Part shown: positions 56,798-64,000 of the stretch, in pieces
Layout of the letters: each line of letters opens with the position of its first letter
Numbering within the stretch: the first letter of the stretch is position 1
The notes under the pieces: model-generated
Database searches by the model: none
The model's input: the letters and a program-made list of their open reading frames with translations, nothing else
Told to the model about the DNA's origin: nothing
Origin: Candidatus Lustribacter sp.
GTDB taxonomy: Bacteria; Vulcanimicrobiota; Vulcanimicrobiia; Vulcanimicrobiales; Vulcanimicrobiaceae
Length of the DNA: 64,000 nucleotides
Reading direction: 5' to 3'
NCBI GenBank assembly: GCA_965277805.1
Contig: OZ255842.1
Location: forward strand, 3,296,001 to 3,360,000
Made by a program: the position numbers and the translations under genes

Positions 56798-57877
56798 ATG
56801 CGCACACTCCCGCGCCGTCTCCCCGTTAGTCTCGTGGTCCCGGCCTACAACAGCGAACGTTTCATTCGTGCCGCACTAGAGAGTGCCGCCGGACGGCAGT
56901 CGCATACGCCTTCCGAGATCATCGTGGTCGACGATGGATCAACCGATCGCACCGGCGATGTCGCTGCGGAATTCGGCGCACGCGTGATCCGTCTGCCCGC
57001 GAATTTCGGGCCCGCGGCAGCGCGCAACGCCGGCGCGATCGCCGCGCGCCAGCCGTGGCTCGCGTTTCTCGACGCCGATGACGTATGGCTCAACGGCAAA
57101 CTTGCGGCGCAGTGGGAAGCGATCGAGCGCTGGCCCGAAGCCGGTTTCTGTTTCACCGACTACGACGTGGTGAGCGCCGAAGGCGCGATATCGGCACACG
57201 AGATGACCAGCGACGGCGGTTACGCGTACGGCCAGGCAAGTGCGCGTTACGGGTGCGCGGTCCGCTTCGATTGCGGGGCCTTAGCCGAACCGCTGGCGCG
57301 CTCGATGTTCGTCCGTCAATCGTCGGTGCTCGTGCGGCGATCGCTCTTCATCACCAGCGGCGGCTACGACGAGCGCATGCGCCTTTCCGAGGACTACGAG
57401 TTCTTCTTGCGCCTGACCGGTCATGCGCCGGCCGTCTCGATCGAGCGCCCGCTCGTCATCTATCACCGGCGCGATAGCTCGCTATCGGTCGATCCGCTGG
57501 CCGAAGTCGCATCGATCGATCGCATGTGGGGATCGATCCTCGACCGCCCGGCCCGCTACCCGGCCGGGATCGCCCGCTTGATCGAAGCGCGGCGGCCGGC
57601 CATGCTGCAAAAAGGGTGCCGCATCGCGTTGCGTCTGGGCCGCTTTGACGCCGCGATCGGGTTCGCGCGAGCGGCGGCGGCCGTGCGGATTTCGCCGGCT
57701 GCCGTGCTTTTGCTCGCCCTCGCGCACGCGCTGAACAATGCGAGCGGACGGAGTTGCTTCCGCACCCTCAGGTCGCTCTGGCGCGCTCGTCCGGCGCGGC
57801 CGTCGTGCCTAGGACGGCTGCGGCACGTGGCGTCGCAGGCGGTGATAAAACAGCCGCACGTCGTCGGCCGTCACTAG
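56798..57877 (+). CDS. GT2 glycosyltransferase
   Basis: VPAYN, VDDGSTD, AARN.G, FLDADD and SEDYE motifs; ATG 56798 after AAGGGG. Confidence 0.9.
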   Translation: MRTLPRRLPVSLVVPAYNSERFIRAALESAAGRQSHTPSEIIVVDDGSTDRTGDVAAEFGARVIRLPANFGPAAARNAGAIAARQPWLAFLDADDVWLNGKLAAQWEAIERWPEAGFCFTDYDVVSAEGAISAHEMTSDGGYAYGQASARYGCAVRFDCGALAEPLARSMFVRQSSVLVRRSLFITSGGYDERMRLSEDYEFFLRLTGHAPAVSIERPLVIYHRRDSSLSVDPLAEVASIDRMWGSILDRPARYPAGIARLIEARRPAMLQKGCRIALRLGRFDAAIGFARAAAAVRISPAAVLLLALAHALNNASGRSCFRTLRSLWRARPARPSCLGRLRHVASQAVIKQPHVVGRH

Positions 57878-59167
57878 CCACTGTTCGCGTAATCCGATTC
57901 CGGTCTTGCGCCGGAAGTACAGCGACTTGAACGCGACCACACCGACGTAGGTGACGGTCGTCGCCGCCGCGGCACCGTTCATCCCGAACCTCGGAAGCAA
58001 GAATAGCGTCAGCACCGCGCACAGCACCGCCGACGTTCCTTGAATCGCGAATATCAACAATGGCCGCCGTACTTGGACCAGGATGAAGTACCCGAGAAAC
58101 GTCTCGACGGCGTAGACCACGAGTCCCGGCAGGAGGATCCGCAAAACCGTTCCAGCACCGGCGAATGCGGCGCCGTACACGTGCACGATCAGCCACGGCC
58201 CGGCGACGAAGAGTACGACGCCGAGCCCTACCTGCAGCGCCACCATGCTGCGCATCAAGGCGGCAGTGAGCTTGGCCGCTTCAGCAAACGCATCGCCGGC
58301 AATATTTTCGAGCGCGGCCCAAATCACCGGCAAGCTGAGGCTCCACAGCAGCTCGCCGGTCGAAACGGCCAGGGTGTAGATGCCGAGCAACCGCGGTCCC
58401 AGCAGCGCGCTGATCAAGAACACATCGATGCGAAGATTGATGTAGCCGGCAACCGTTGCCAAGCTCGACCGGCTCCCGAAGTTCAGCTGCTCGCGAATCA
58501 GGAAGGCTAGCGAGTGTTCGTTCCGGCTCGGACCGGAGCGCGCGATGCGGCGCCGTAACACGAGCGCCGTGTAACCTGCAGCAGCGGCTTGCGCTACGAT
58601 CCAGAGCGCCAAGGCCTGATAGCTCGAGACGTGCCAGATCACCAGCGCGGCGATGACAACAGCGCTGAAAGCGACCGAGGTGATCGCCCCCTGCCAGGCA
58701 ACCGCCGCGGTCGCGCCCATGGCGAGCAGCAATCCGCGGCCACCCTGCGCGTAAAGCGCAAACGGAATTGCCAGCGCCGCGCCTAGCAACGGGCGCTGCG
58801 AGGGCGCGATGAGCCCAATTGCGAGCGCGACGAGCGCGCACGGGATTGCCGCCGCCGCGACGACGCCGATCGTCGCCGCGTAGATGCGCGCAATCGAGTC
58901 GGTTTTGCGGCCGGCTTGCATGAGGACCGCGCCGGTGATGCCGTCGGTACCGATCAGCACCATCGAAAGCGCGATGACGGCATACGCGAGCACGGCTTTG
59001 CCGTCGGGGCCGAGCGTGCGCGCCTGGGCTATGCCGGCGGCAATGCCCGCCAGTTGCCCGAGCACGCCGACCGAGAACAACCCGGCGATGCGCCGCAGCA
59101 GCGACCGCGACCGGGCGAGCCCGGCCGGCGCGGCCTGCGGCTCAGCGCTGGGGAGCGGGTCGCGCAA
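57809..59167 (-). CDS. Wzx-type oligosaccharide flippase (paralog of 40875-42191)
   Basis: ARTLGPDGK, NLRIDVF and LGIYTLAVSTGEL motifs; multi-TM. Confidence 0.85.
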   Translation of the reverse strand: MRDPLPSAEPQAAPAGLARSRSLLRRIAGLFSVGVLGQLAGIAAGIAQARTLGPDGKAVLAYAVIALSMVLIGTDGITGAVLMQAGRKTDSIARIYAATIGVVAAAAIPCALVALAIGLIAPSQRPLLGAALAIPFALYAQGGRGLLLAMGATAAVAWQGAITSVAFSAVVIAALVIWHVSSYQALALWIVAQAAAAGYTALVLRRRIARSGPSRNEHSLAFLIREQLNFGSRSSLATVAGYINLRIDVFLISALLGPRLLGIYTLAVSTGELLWSLSLPVIWAALENIAGDAFAEAAKLTAALMRSMVALQVGLGVVLFVAGPWLIVHVYGAAFAGAGTVLRILLPGLVVYAVETFLGYFILVQVRRPLLIFAIQGTSAVLCAVLTLFLLPRFGMNGAAAATTVTYVGVVAFKSLYFRRKTGIGLREQWLVTADDVRLFYHRLRRHVPQPS

Positions 59168-60065
59168 TGTGTCTGAACAGACGCAGCGTGTCCTCGACCA
59201 TGCCGCGCTTGTTGTGCCAGAGCCAGTGGCGCATCGCTATGTAGCACGCGATACGTTCGCGCTGGTCGAGCGAAGCGCGAGCGATCCCCGCGCAGAGCTC
59301 CCAGAACCAGCGAAAGTGCGGCGTCTGATTGATCAACTTTCCGCGGCTGTTCAGATCGAACCACGCGGCCCGGTCGTCGAGGGTCGGATTCGACAAGACG
59401 GAGCCGCCGGCGTGGTAACGCTCGAAGAACAGATACTCCGGGATCTCGACGATGCGTCCGCGCAATGCGATCTCTCCAAGCAAGATCATGTCGGCCGCGA
59501 TGTAGGCCCCGAGCAAATTCGTCTCGCGCAGCGCCGACGTACGGAACAGGCCGAACACCGGGTCGCACATCGACCCCTCGTCGCAGCGGTACGCATACTT
59601 CGCGAACCGCTGGCTCGGGCGCGGCTCGCCCAGTTCCAAGCTGTGTTCCCGGGTGTCGATTTGCCGGCCGTCGGCATCGATCATGATCATCCGCGGGTAA
59701 GCGAGCACCACGTCCGGCGCCGCATCGAGTACCTCGACGCACCGCTGGATATTCGTCGGCGCGAGCACGTCGTCGTGGGCCGCGTGCCGGAAATAGCGCC
59801 CGCGCGCGAGGTGAATAACGCGGTTGTAGTTTGCAGCGGCACCGAGATTCTGCTCGTTGCGAAAGTATTTGATGCGCGGATCGCTTTCCGCGTAGCGGCG
59901 GCAGATCGCTTCCGTCGCATCGGTCGATGCGTTGTCGGAGATGAGCAACTCGAAATCGCGGTACGTTTGATCCAAGATCGAACGCAGCGCCTCTTCGAGA
60001 TAGCGCGCTCCATTGTACACCGGCATCCCGATCGTGACGGCCGGATTGCGTACTTCGTCCGTCAT
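59142..60065 (-). CDS. GT2 glycosyltransferase
   Basis: IGMPVYNG, SDNASTD, N.GAAAN and AHDD motifs. Confidence 0.92.
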   Translation of the reverse strand: MTDEVRNPAVTIGMPVYNGARYLEEALRSILDQTYRDFELLISDNASTDATEAICRRYAESDPRIKYFRNEQNLGAAANYNRVIHLARGRYFRHAAHDDVLAPTNIQRCVEVLDAAPDVVLAYPRMIMIDADGRQIDTREHSLELGEPRPSQRFAKYAYRCDEGSMCDPVFGLFRTSALRETNLLGAYIAADMILLGEIALRGRIVEIPEYLFFERYHAGGSVLSNPTLDDRAAWFDLNSRGKLINQTPHFRWFWELCAGIARASLDQRERIACYIAMRHWLWHNKRGMVEDTLRLFRHIARPAPQR

Positions 60066-60066
60066 C

Positions 60067-60984
60067 TTACGCCGGCTGGAAAATCAGGCCGTTGCGATCG
60101 GCCCGCGTTTGGCCATCGAAACGTGCGGCGATTTCATCCGGAACGCGCGCGCCGTCGCACAGGCGTTTGAAATCGCGCAGCGACGTGCCGGCGGGAGCCG
60201 AGTCGACGTTGGGTGCCCCGCGCCCGGCGATGACGTCTTCGATGTCGATCGTCCGGAAGTCGAAACTGTAGCGGGTGCGGCCGCTCGTGTTTGCGACCGT
60301 CGAGTGCATCTGCGCGCCCGAAAACGCAATCGCGCCCCCGGGCGGGAACACCAAGCGCACCTCGGGTTGCAATTCGAGTTCCTCCAGCGCGTGCGGCTGC
60401 CAGCGGGTGTCGCTCTTGACGTGCTGCGCGGCATTTTTCCGCTGATTGGTATTCCAATCATAGTAGTCGAAGAGGCGCGAGTCGTTGACGACGCCCCGCT
60501 CCCAATAACGCGGATGAAATGCCATCCCGCTCTCCGATGAGAATTCGTAGATCGGCATCCACCAGTTCACTTGCTGGAACGGCGACGACCACCACGTGTC
60601 GCGATGCGGATGGTGCGCGTAGGCGACGCCGGAGGTCAAATAGCCGTGCGAGGTCGAGATGCGCAGACGCGGGACGTCTAAATAGGTCGTCTCGGGATCG
60701 CAGCCGGACGCGGCAAGGCGGGCGGCAATCTCAGCCCACGACACGGGGTGATGGATGAACTCCGGCTTCACGCGGCCCAGGATGGCGGCGAACTCTTCGA
60801 CCGGCATGTGATGCTGCGCGAGGCACGGATCCACGTCCGGAAAGGCTTCCTCGAGCATGAGCCGGGCGTGCTTGACGATTTGGAGATCCGCATCGAAACG
60901 CGTGAGCAAGAACACGCGTCCCTCATAGATGCGGCGCCGGCGCTCGGCCTCGTCGAAGGAAGGATCGATCTCGATCGTGTTCAC
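60067..60984 (-). CDS. Putative 2-oxoglutarate/Fe(II)-dependent oxygenase (DSBH fold)
   Basis: H-x-D (HRDTW), distal His (QMHST) and R-x-S (RYSFDFR) motifs. Confidence 0.7.
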   Translation of the reverse strand: MNTIEIDPSFDEAERRRRIYEGRVFLLTRFDADLQIVKHARLMLEEAFPDVDPCLAQHHMPVEEFAAILGRVKPEFIHHPVSWAEIAARLAASGCDPETTYLDVPRLRISTSHGYLTSGVAYAHHPHRDTWWSSPFQQVNWWMPIYEFSSESGMAFHPRYWERGVVNDSRLFDYYDWNTNQRKNAAQHVKSDTRWQPHALEELELQPEVRLVFPPGGAIAFSGAQMHSTVANTSGRTRYSFDFRTIDIEDVIAGRGAPNVDSAPAGTSLRDFKRLCDGARVPDEIAARFDGQTRADRNGLIFQPA

Positions 60985-62186
60985 GCAATTGCTCCTAAGG
61001 GCGCATCGGCCGTGATGACCCGCGAATAGATCTCGAGCGACTCGAGCTTCTCGGCCACCTCGTTGCGGTAGATCGAGTTCATGACGATCACCTCATCGGG
61101 CGGCTCGTTGCGCAGCCGCTCGGGGGCCACGATTTCCTTACCGCTTCCGATGAGGAACTTACCGTGCCGGTAGGGGTTCACGTCGGTCACGTAGGCGATC
61201 TCGTCGTCGATTTTCAGCGTCGTCATGAACGCCACGCACTTGGAGCCGGAACCCCAGATGGCGATGCGCTTCCCGAGCCGGCCGGCGCGCTCGAAGTACT
61301 CGCTCCACGCCGCCACCGTTTCGCCCACGTTCCGCTCGAAGGTTTCGATGTCGCTTAGGATGTCGGCCGGCTGATCCAGCGTTAGGGAGTAACGCGGGCC
61401 GGGCCGTTCGGCCGTTTTTGCTTCCAGCATCAGGTACTGATCGTCGTATCCGACGCGAACGTCCGTGACGTCGAAGCGTTGCGCTTCGAATGCGCGGGCC
61501 AGCGAACCCGGCGTGAAGTAGCCGCAATGTTCGAAGTAGATGTCCCAGTATGCGGTGTCGCGCAGGATCCGGCGCATCTCGGGCAGCTCGAAAAATATCG
61601 GCGTGGGCCGGTTACCGACCGCGTCTCGAATCGTCCGCAAAAAGCCCGCGACATCGGGAATGTGCTCGAGTGCATGGCGGCAAGCGATGAAGTCCGCCGG
61701 AATCGAGGCGTGCTGCGGGCCGTAGAATTCGTTCAAGAAGGTGACGTTTTCGGCAGCGACGCCGGTGAGGCGCTCGTGAACCGACGTCGAGTCGATGCCG
61801 ATGCCGCGCACGCGGCCGAGTTCGGCCATGCGCGCGAGGAACGTCCCTTTGCCGCAACCGATTTCGACGACGAGCTTCCCGAACAGATCGTGGTCGGCGA
61901 GCAGGCGTTCGATCAGCGCGTCTTCGAATTCCGAGAAGGTGGCGGAAAACGTTTGGGTTTCCTCGTACGCCGGATCGTAGCGCAGGCGCTTGAGATCGAA
62001 GGCCGTGTTGGTGATGTAGCCGCACACGTCGCAGACGGCGATCCGCAGGTCGCCGCGCGGGAACGCCCGTCCGGCTTCGCGTGATTCCGTCACGAGACAG
62101 CTGTTCACCGGGATGTTGTCCACGCTGTAAAAAAGCTGGAGCGCCTCGCTCGCACAGCTCGGGCAGAAACCGCTAACCGGTCGCAT
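60981..62186 (-). CDS. SAM-dependent NDP-sugar C-methyltransferase-like protein
   Basis: CxxC...CxxC, EIGCGKG, RHALEH, IYFEHCGYF, WGSGSK and DVNPYRHG motifs. Confidence 0.85.
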   Translation of the reverse strand: MRPVSGFCPSCASEALQLFYSVDNIPVNSCLVTESREAGRAFPRGDLRIAVCDVCGYITNTAFDLKRLRYDPAYEETQTFSATFSEFEDALIERLLADHDLFGKLVVEIGCGKGTFLARMAELGRVRGIGIDSTSVHERLTGVAAENVTFLNEFYGPQHASIPADFIACRHALEHIPDVAGFLRTIRDAVGNRPTPIFFELPEMRRILRDTAYWDIYFEHCGYFTPGSLARAFEAQRFDVTDVRVGYDDQYLMLEAKTAERPGPRYSLTLDQPADILSDIETFERNVGETVAAWSEYFERAGRLGKRIAIWGSGSKCVAFMTTLKIDDEIAYVTDVNPYRHGKFLIGSGKEIVAPERLRNEPPDEVIVMNSIYRNEVAEKLESLEIYSRVITADAPLGAIA

Positions 62187-63465
62187 GTTCAACGTCCTTT
62201 GGTTCGAAGCGAAGTTCGGGAATCGGGATTACGAACGTTCCGCCGCCGGCGCGATAAGCGGCCTGCTGCGTCATGATCTCCTCGGCGAAGTTCCAAGCGA
62301 GGATCAAGAGCACGTCGGGCGGATCCTTGAGAATTTCTGCCGGATCGACGATCGGAATGTGGCTACCGCCCATATAGCGGCCGATCTTGAACGGGTTGAG
62401 ATCCGCCACGTAGTCGACGAGGCTCGAGTCGATGCCGAAATAACTGAGGAGGGTGTTCGCCTTGGCGGCTGCACCGTAGGCCGCGATGCGCTTGCCGTCA
62501 GCCTTGAGCGTGCGCAGCGTCGTCATGACCCGCCCTTTGAGGGCGTCGATACGCTCTGCAAAGTCACGGTAGAAGGCGAAATCGAGCAGCCCCGTTTCCT
62601 GTTCGGCCGCCAGCAGTTCGCGCACGCTGTCTTCGACCGCTTTGAACGGCGAGACGAAGACGCGCAGCGATCCGCCGTGAATCCGCGTGCGCTCGACCCG
62701 GTTCAAGTACAAGCCGTGGCTGCGAAACAAACGGTCGAGCGAGGTAACCGAGAAATAACACAGATGCTGATGATAGATCGTGTCGAATTCGCGGTGTTCG
62801 ATCAGGTCGGCAACGTACGGACATTCGATGACGGCCGTCCCGGTCGGCGCGAGCAGCGTGACGATGCCGTCGACGAAGCCGTTCAGGTCGGCAACGTGAG
62901 CCAGAACGTTGTTGGCTAAGAACAGATCGGCGCTCAGCCCGGCACTGTTCAGTTCGCGCGCGAGCCGGGCGGTGAAGAAGTCGTTGATCGTCGGGATGCC
63001 CTGCGTGTTGGCGGAGCCGGCCGGGCCGTCGGCGGGATCGATGCCGAGAACCGGGATGTCGTGCTCTTGAAAAACGCGCAGCATATAGCCGTCGTTACTC
63101 GCGGCCTCGATGACCAGGCTCGTGGGGCCGAGGCGCTTGCGGGCAATCAAATCCTCCGCGCTGTCCGCGAAATGCTTCATCAACGAGGGCGAGACCGACG
63201 AGAAATACGGATACGAGCGGCAGAACAGAATGCTCGGATCGACGGTCTGAGCGATCTGCACGAGCGAGCACGCCGGGCAGAACAGCACGTCGAGAGGAAC
63301 GATGTGTTCGGGTTCGCCCAACTGCTCGGCCGTCGGAAGCGCGTCGGCGAGCGGCGTGGATCCGAGGGAGAGAACGGGCCGGAGCCCGCTCTCTCCGCAC
63401 GAACGGCAGGCGGTGATGTTCGTGTAGACTGCGGCGGTTTCGCCGGCGAGCTCAGCCTGCAGCAA
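62173..63465 (-). CDS. SAM-dependent NDP-hexose C-methyltransferase (TylCIII/NovU-like)
   Basis: CRSC...CPAC, ASNDG, NNVLAHV, DTIYHQH..YFS, YGAAAK and LAWNF motifs. Confidence 0.9.
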   Translation of the reverse strand: MLQAELAGETAAVYTNITACRSCGESGLRPVLSLGSTPLADALPTAEQLGEPEHIVPLDVLFCPACSLVQIAQTVDPSILFCRSYPYFSSVSPSLMKHFADSAEDLIARKRLGPTSLVIEAASNDGYMLRVFQEHDIPVLGIDPADGPAGSANTQGIPTINDFFTARLARELNSAGLSADLFLANNVLAHVADLNGFVDGIVTLLAPTGTAVIECPYVADLIEHREFDTIYHQHLCYFSVTSLDRLFRSHGLYLNRVERTRIHGGSLRVFVSPFKAVEDSVRELLAAEQETGLLDFAFYRDFAERIDALKGRVMTTLRTLKADGKRIAAYGAAAKANTLLSYFGIDSSLVDYVADLNPFKIGRYMGGSHIPIVDPAEILKDPPDVLLILAWNFAEEIMTQQAAYRAGGGTFVIPIPELRFEPKDVEHATG

Positions 63466-64000
63466 CGGGCACCTCCGTTTGCGAACGCGCCGTCAGCCAG
63501 CGCAACCCTTCGTCGACGCGTCCGGAGTCGATCAGGCTTTGCAGCTTCGCGATCCGTTTGTAGCGCGGTCCTTCGAAGTCGTCGAGGGAAAGTCCGAGTT
63601 GCGTGTACGTCTTGTAGAGTTCGCGCGCGCCGCGGCGGGCATTCCAGATCATCGGTGTCTTGGGGAAGGTGCGCGCGTATTTATCGCAGTTGACGCGGTA
63701 CGTGCGCGAATCGGCGTTATTGCCGGCGGCGAACTCCACCCGCGAGCCGGGAACCGTATCCCGCACGATTTCGGCGAGATCGCGAACCAGGTAGTTGTCC
63801 TCGGTGCGGCCCACGTTGAAAACTTCGTTGTGGATCAAAGCGCGCGGCGCTTCGAGCACCGCTGCCATGGCCCGCGAGATGTCTTCGATGTGGACGATCG
63901 GACGCCACGCCATCCCGTCGCTTTTCATGTAGACGGTGCCTTGAGTGACCGCATACGCCACGAGGTTGTTCAACACCAAATCGAATCGCAAGCGGGGCGA
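63452..64000 (-). CDS. NAD-dependent nucleotide-sugar epimerase/dehydratase, 5' part beyond the window
   Basis: SPRLRFDLVLNNL, SDG..WRP.VHIEDI and D.RTYRV motifs; frame open to 64000. Confidence 0.88.
   Translation of the reverse strand, partial: SPRLRFDLVLNNLVAYAVTQGTVYMKSDGMAWRPIVHIEDISRAMAAVLEAPRALIHNEVFNVGRTEDNYLVRDLAEIVRDTVPGSRVEFAAGNNADSRTYRVNCDKYARTFPKTPMIWNARRGARELYKTYTQLGLSLDDFEGPRYKRIAKLQSLIDSGRVDEGLRWLTARSQTEVPVAAG

Noticed and set aside
1-64000. CRISPR arrays, tRNA/rRNA, transposases, integrases and prophage genes
   Set aside because: No regularly spaced repeats, RNA-gene signatures or mobile-element protein motifs were seen; nearly all sequence is explained by CDSs.

Overview
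High-GC bacterial DNA. The many permease-less NMT1/SsuA-type binding proteins with Tat-like leaders suggest Vulcanimicrobiota/Eremiobacterota, but that is an inference only. 1-8.2 kb: a TetR-associated aromatic-acid catabolic operon (Rieske oxygenase, two binding proteins, 4,5-dihydroxyphthalate-decarboxylase-like protein, LigB-type dioxygenase, MFS, and a bicupin that the ORF track missed). It is followed by a REP/MITE-like inverted-repeat element. 8.5-22 kb: scavenging genes (MFS/APC transporters, orphan ABC and TAXI binding proteins with one frameshifted, aldo-keto reductase, NUDIX, LigI-like lactonase). 22.3-29 kb: a transglutaminase/DUF2126 + circularly permuted ATP-grasp/alpha-E + transglutaminase operon. 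29-33.9 kb: beta-propeller, esterase, binding protein and an uncharacterised pair of secreted Ig-like proteins. 33.9-64 kb: a large surface-polysaccharide locus with its own regulators, two flippases, Wzy/WaaL-like, GT2/GT4/GT-C enzymes, two paralogous 10-Cys secreted proteins, a 2OG-Fe(II) oxygenase and two sugar C-methyltransferases. A degenerate 14-bp DosR-box-like motif recurs in the promoter regions of that locus, and the local NarL-type regulator has a DevR/DosR-like recognition helix. No rRNA, tRNA, CRISPR array or transposase was seen.
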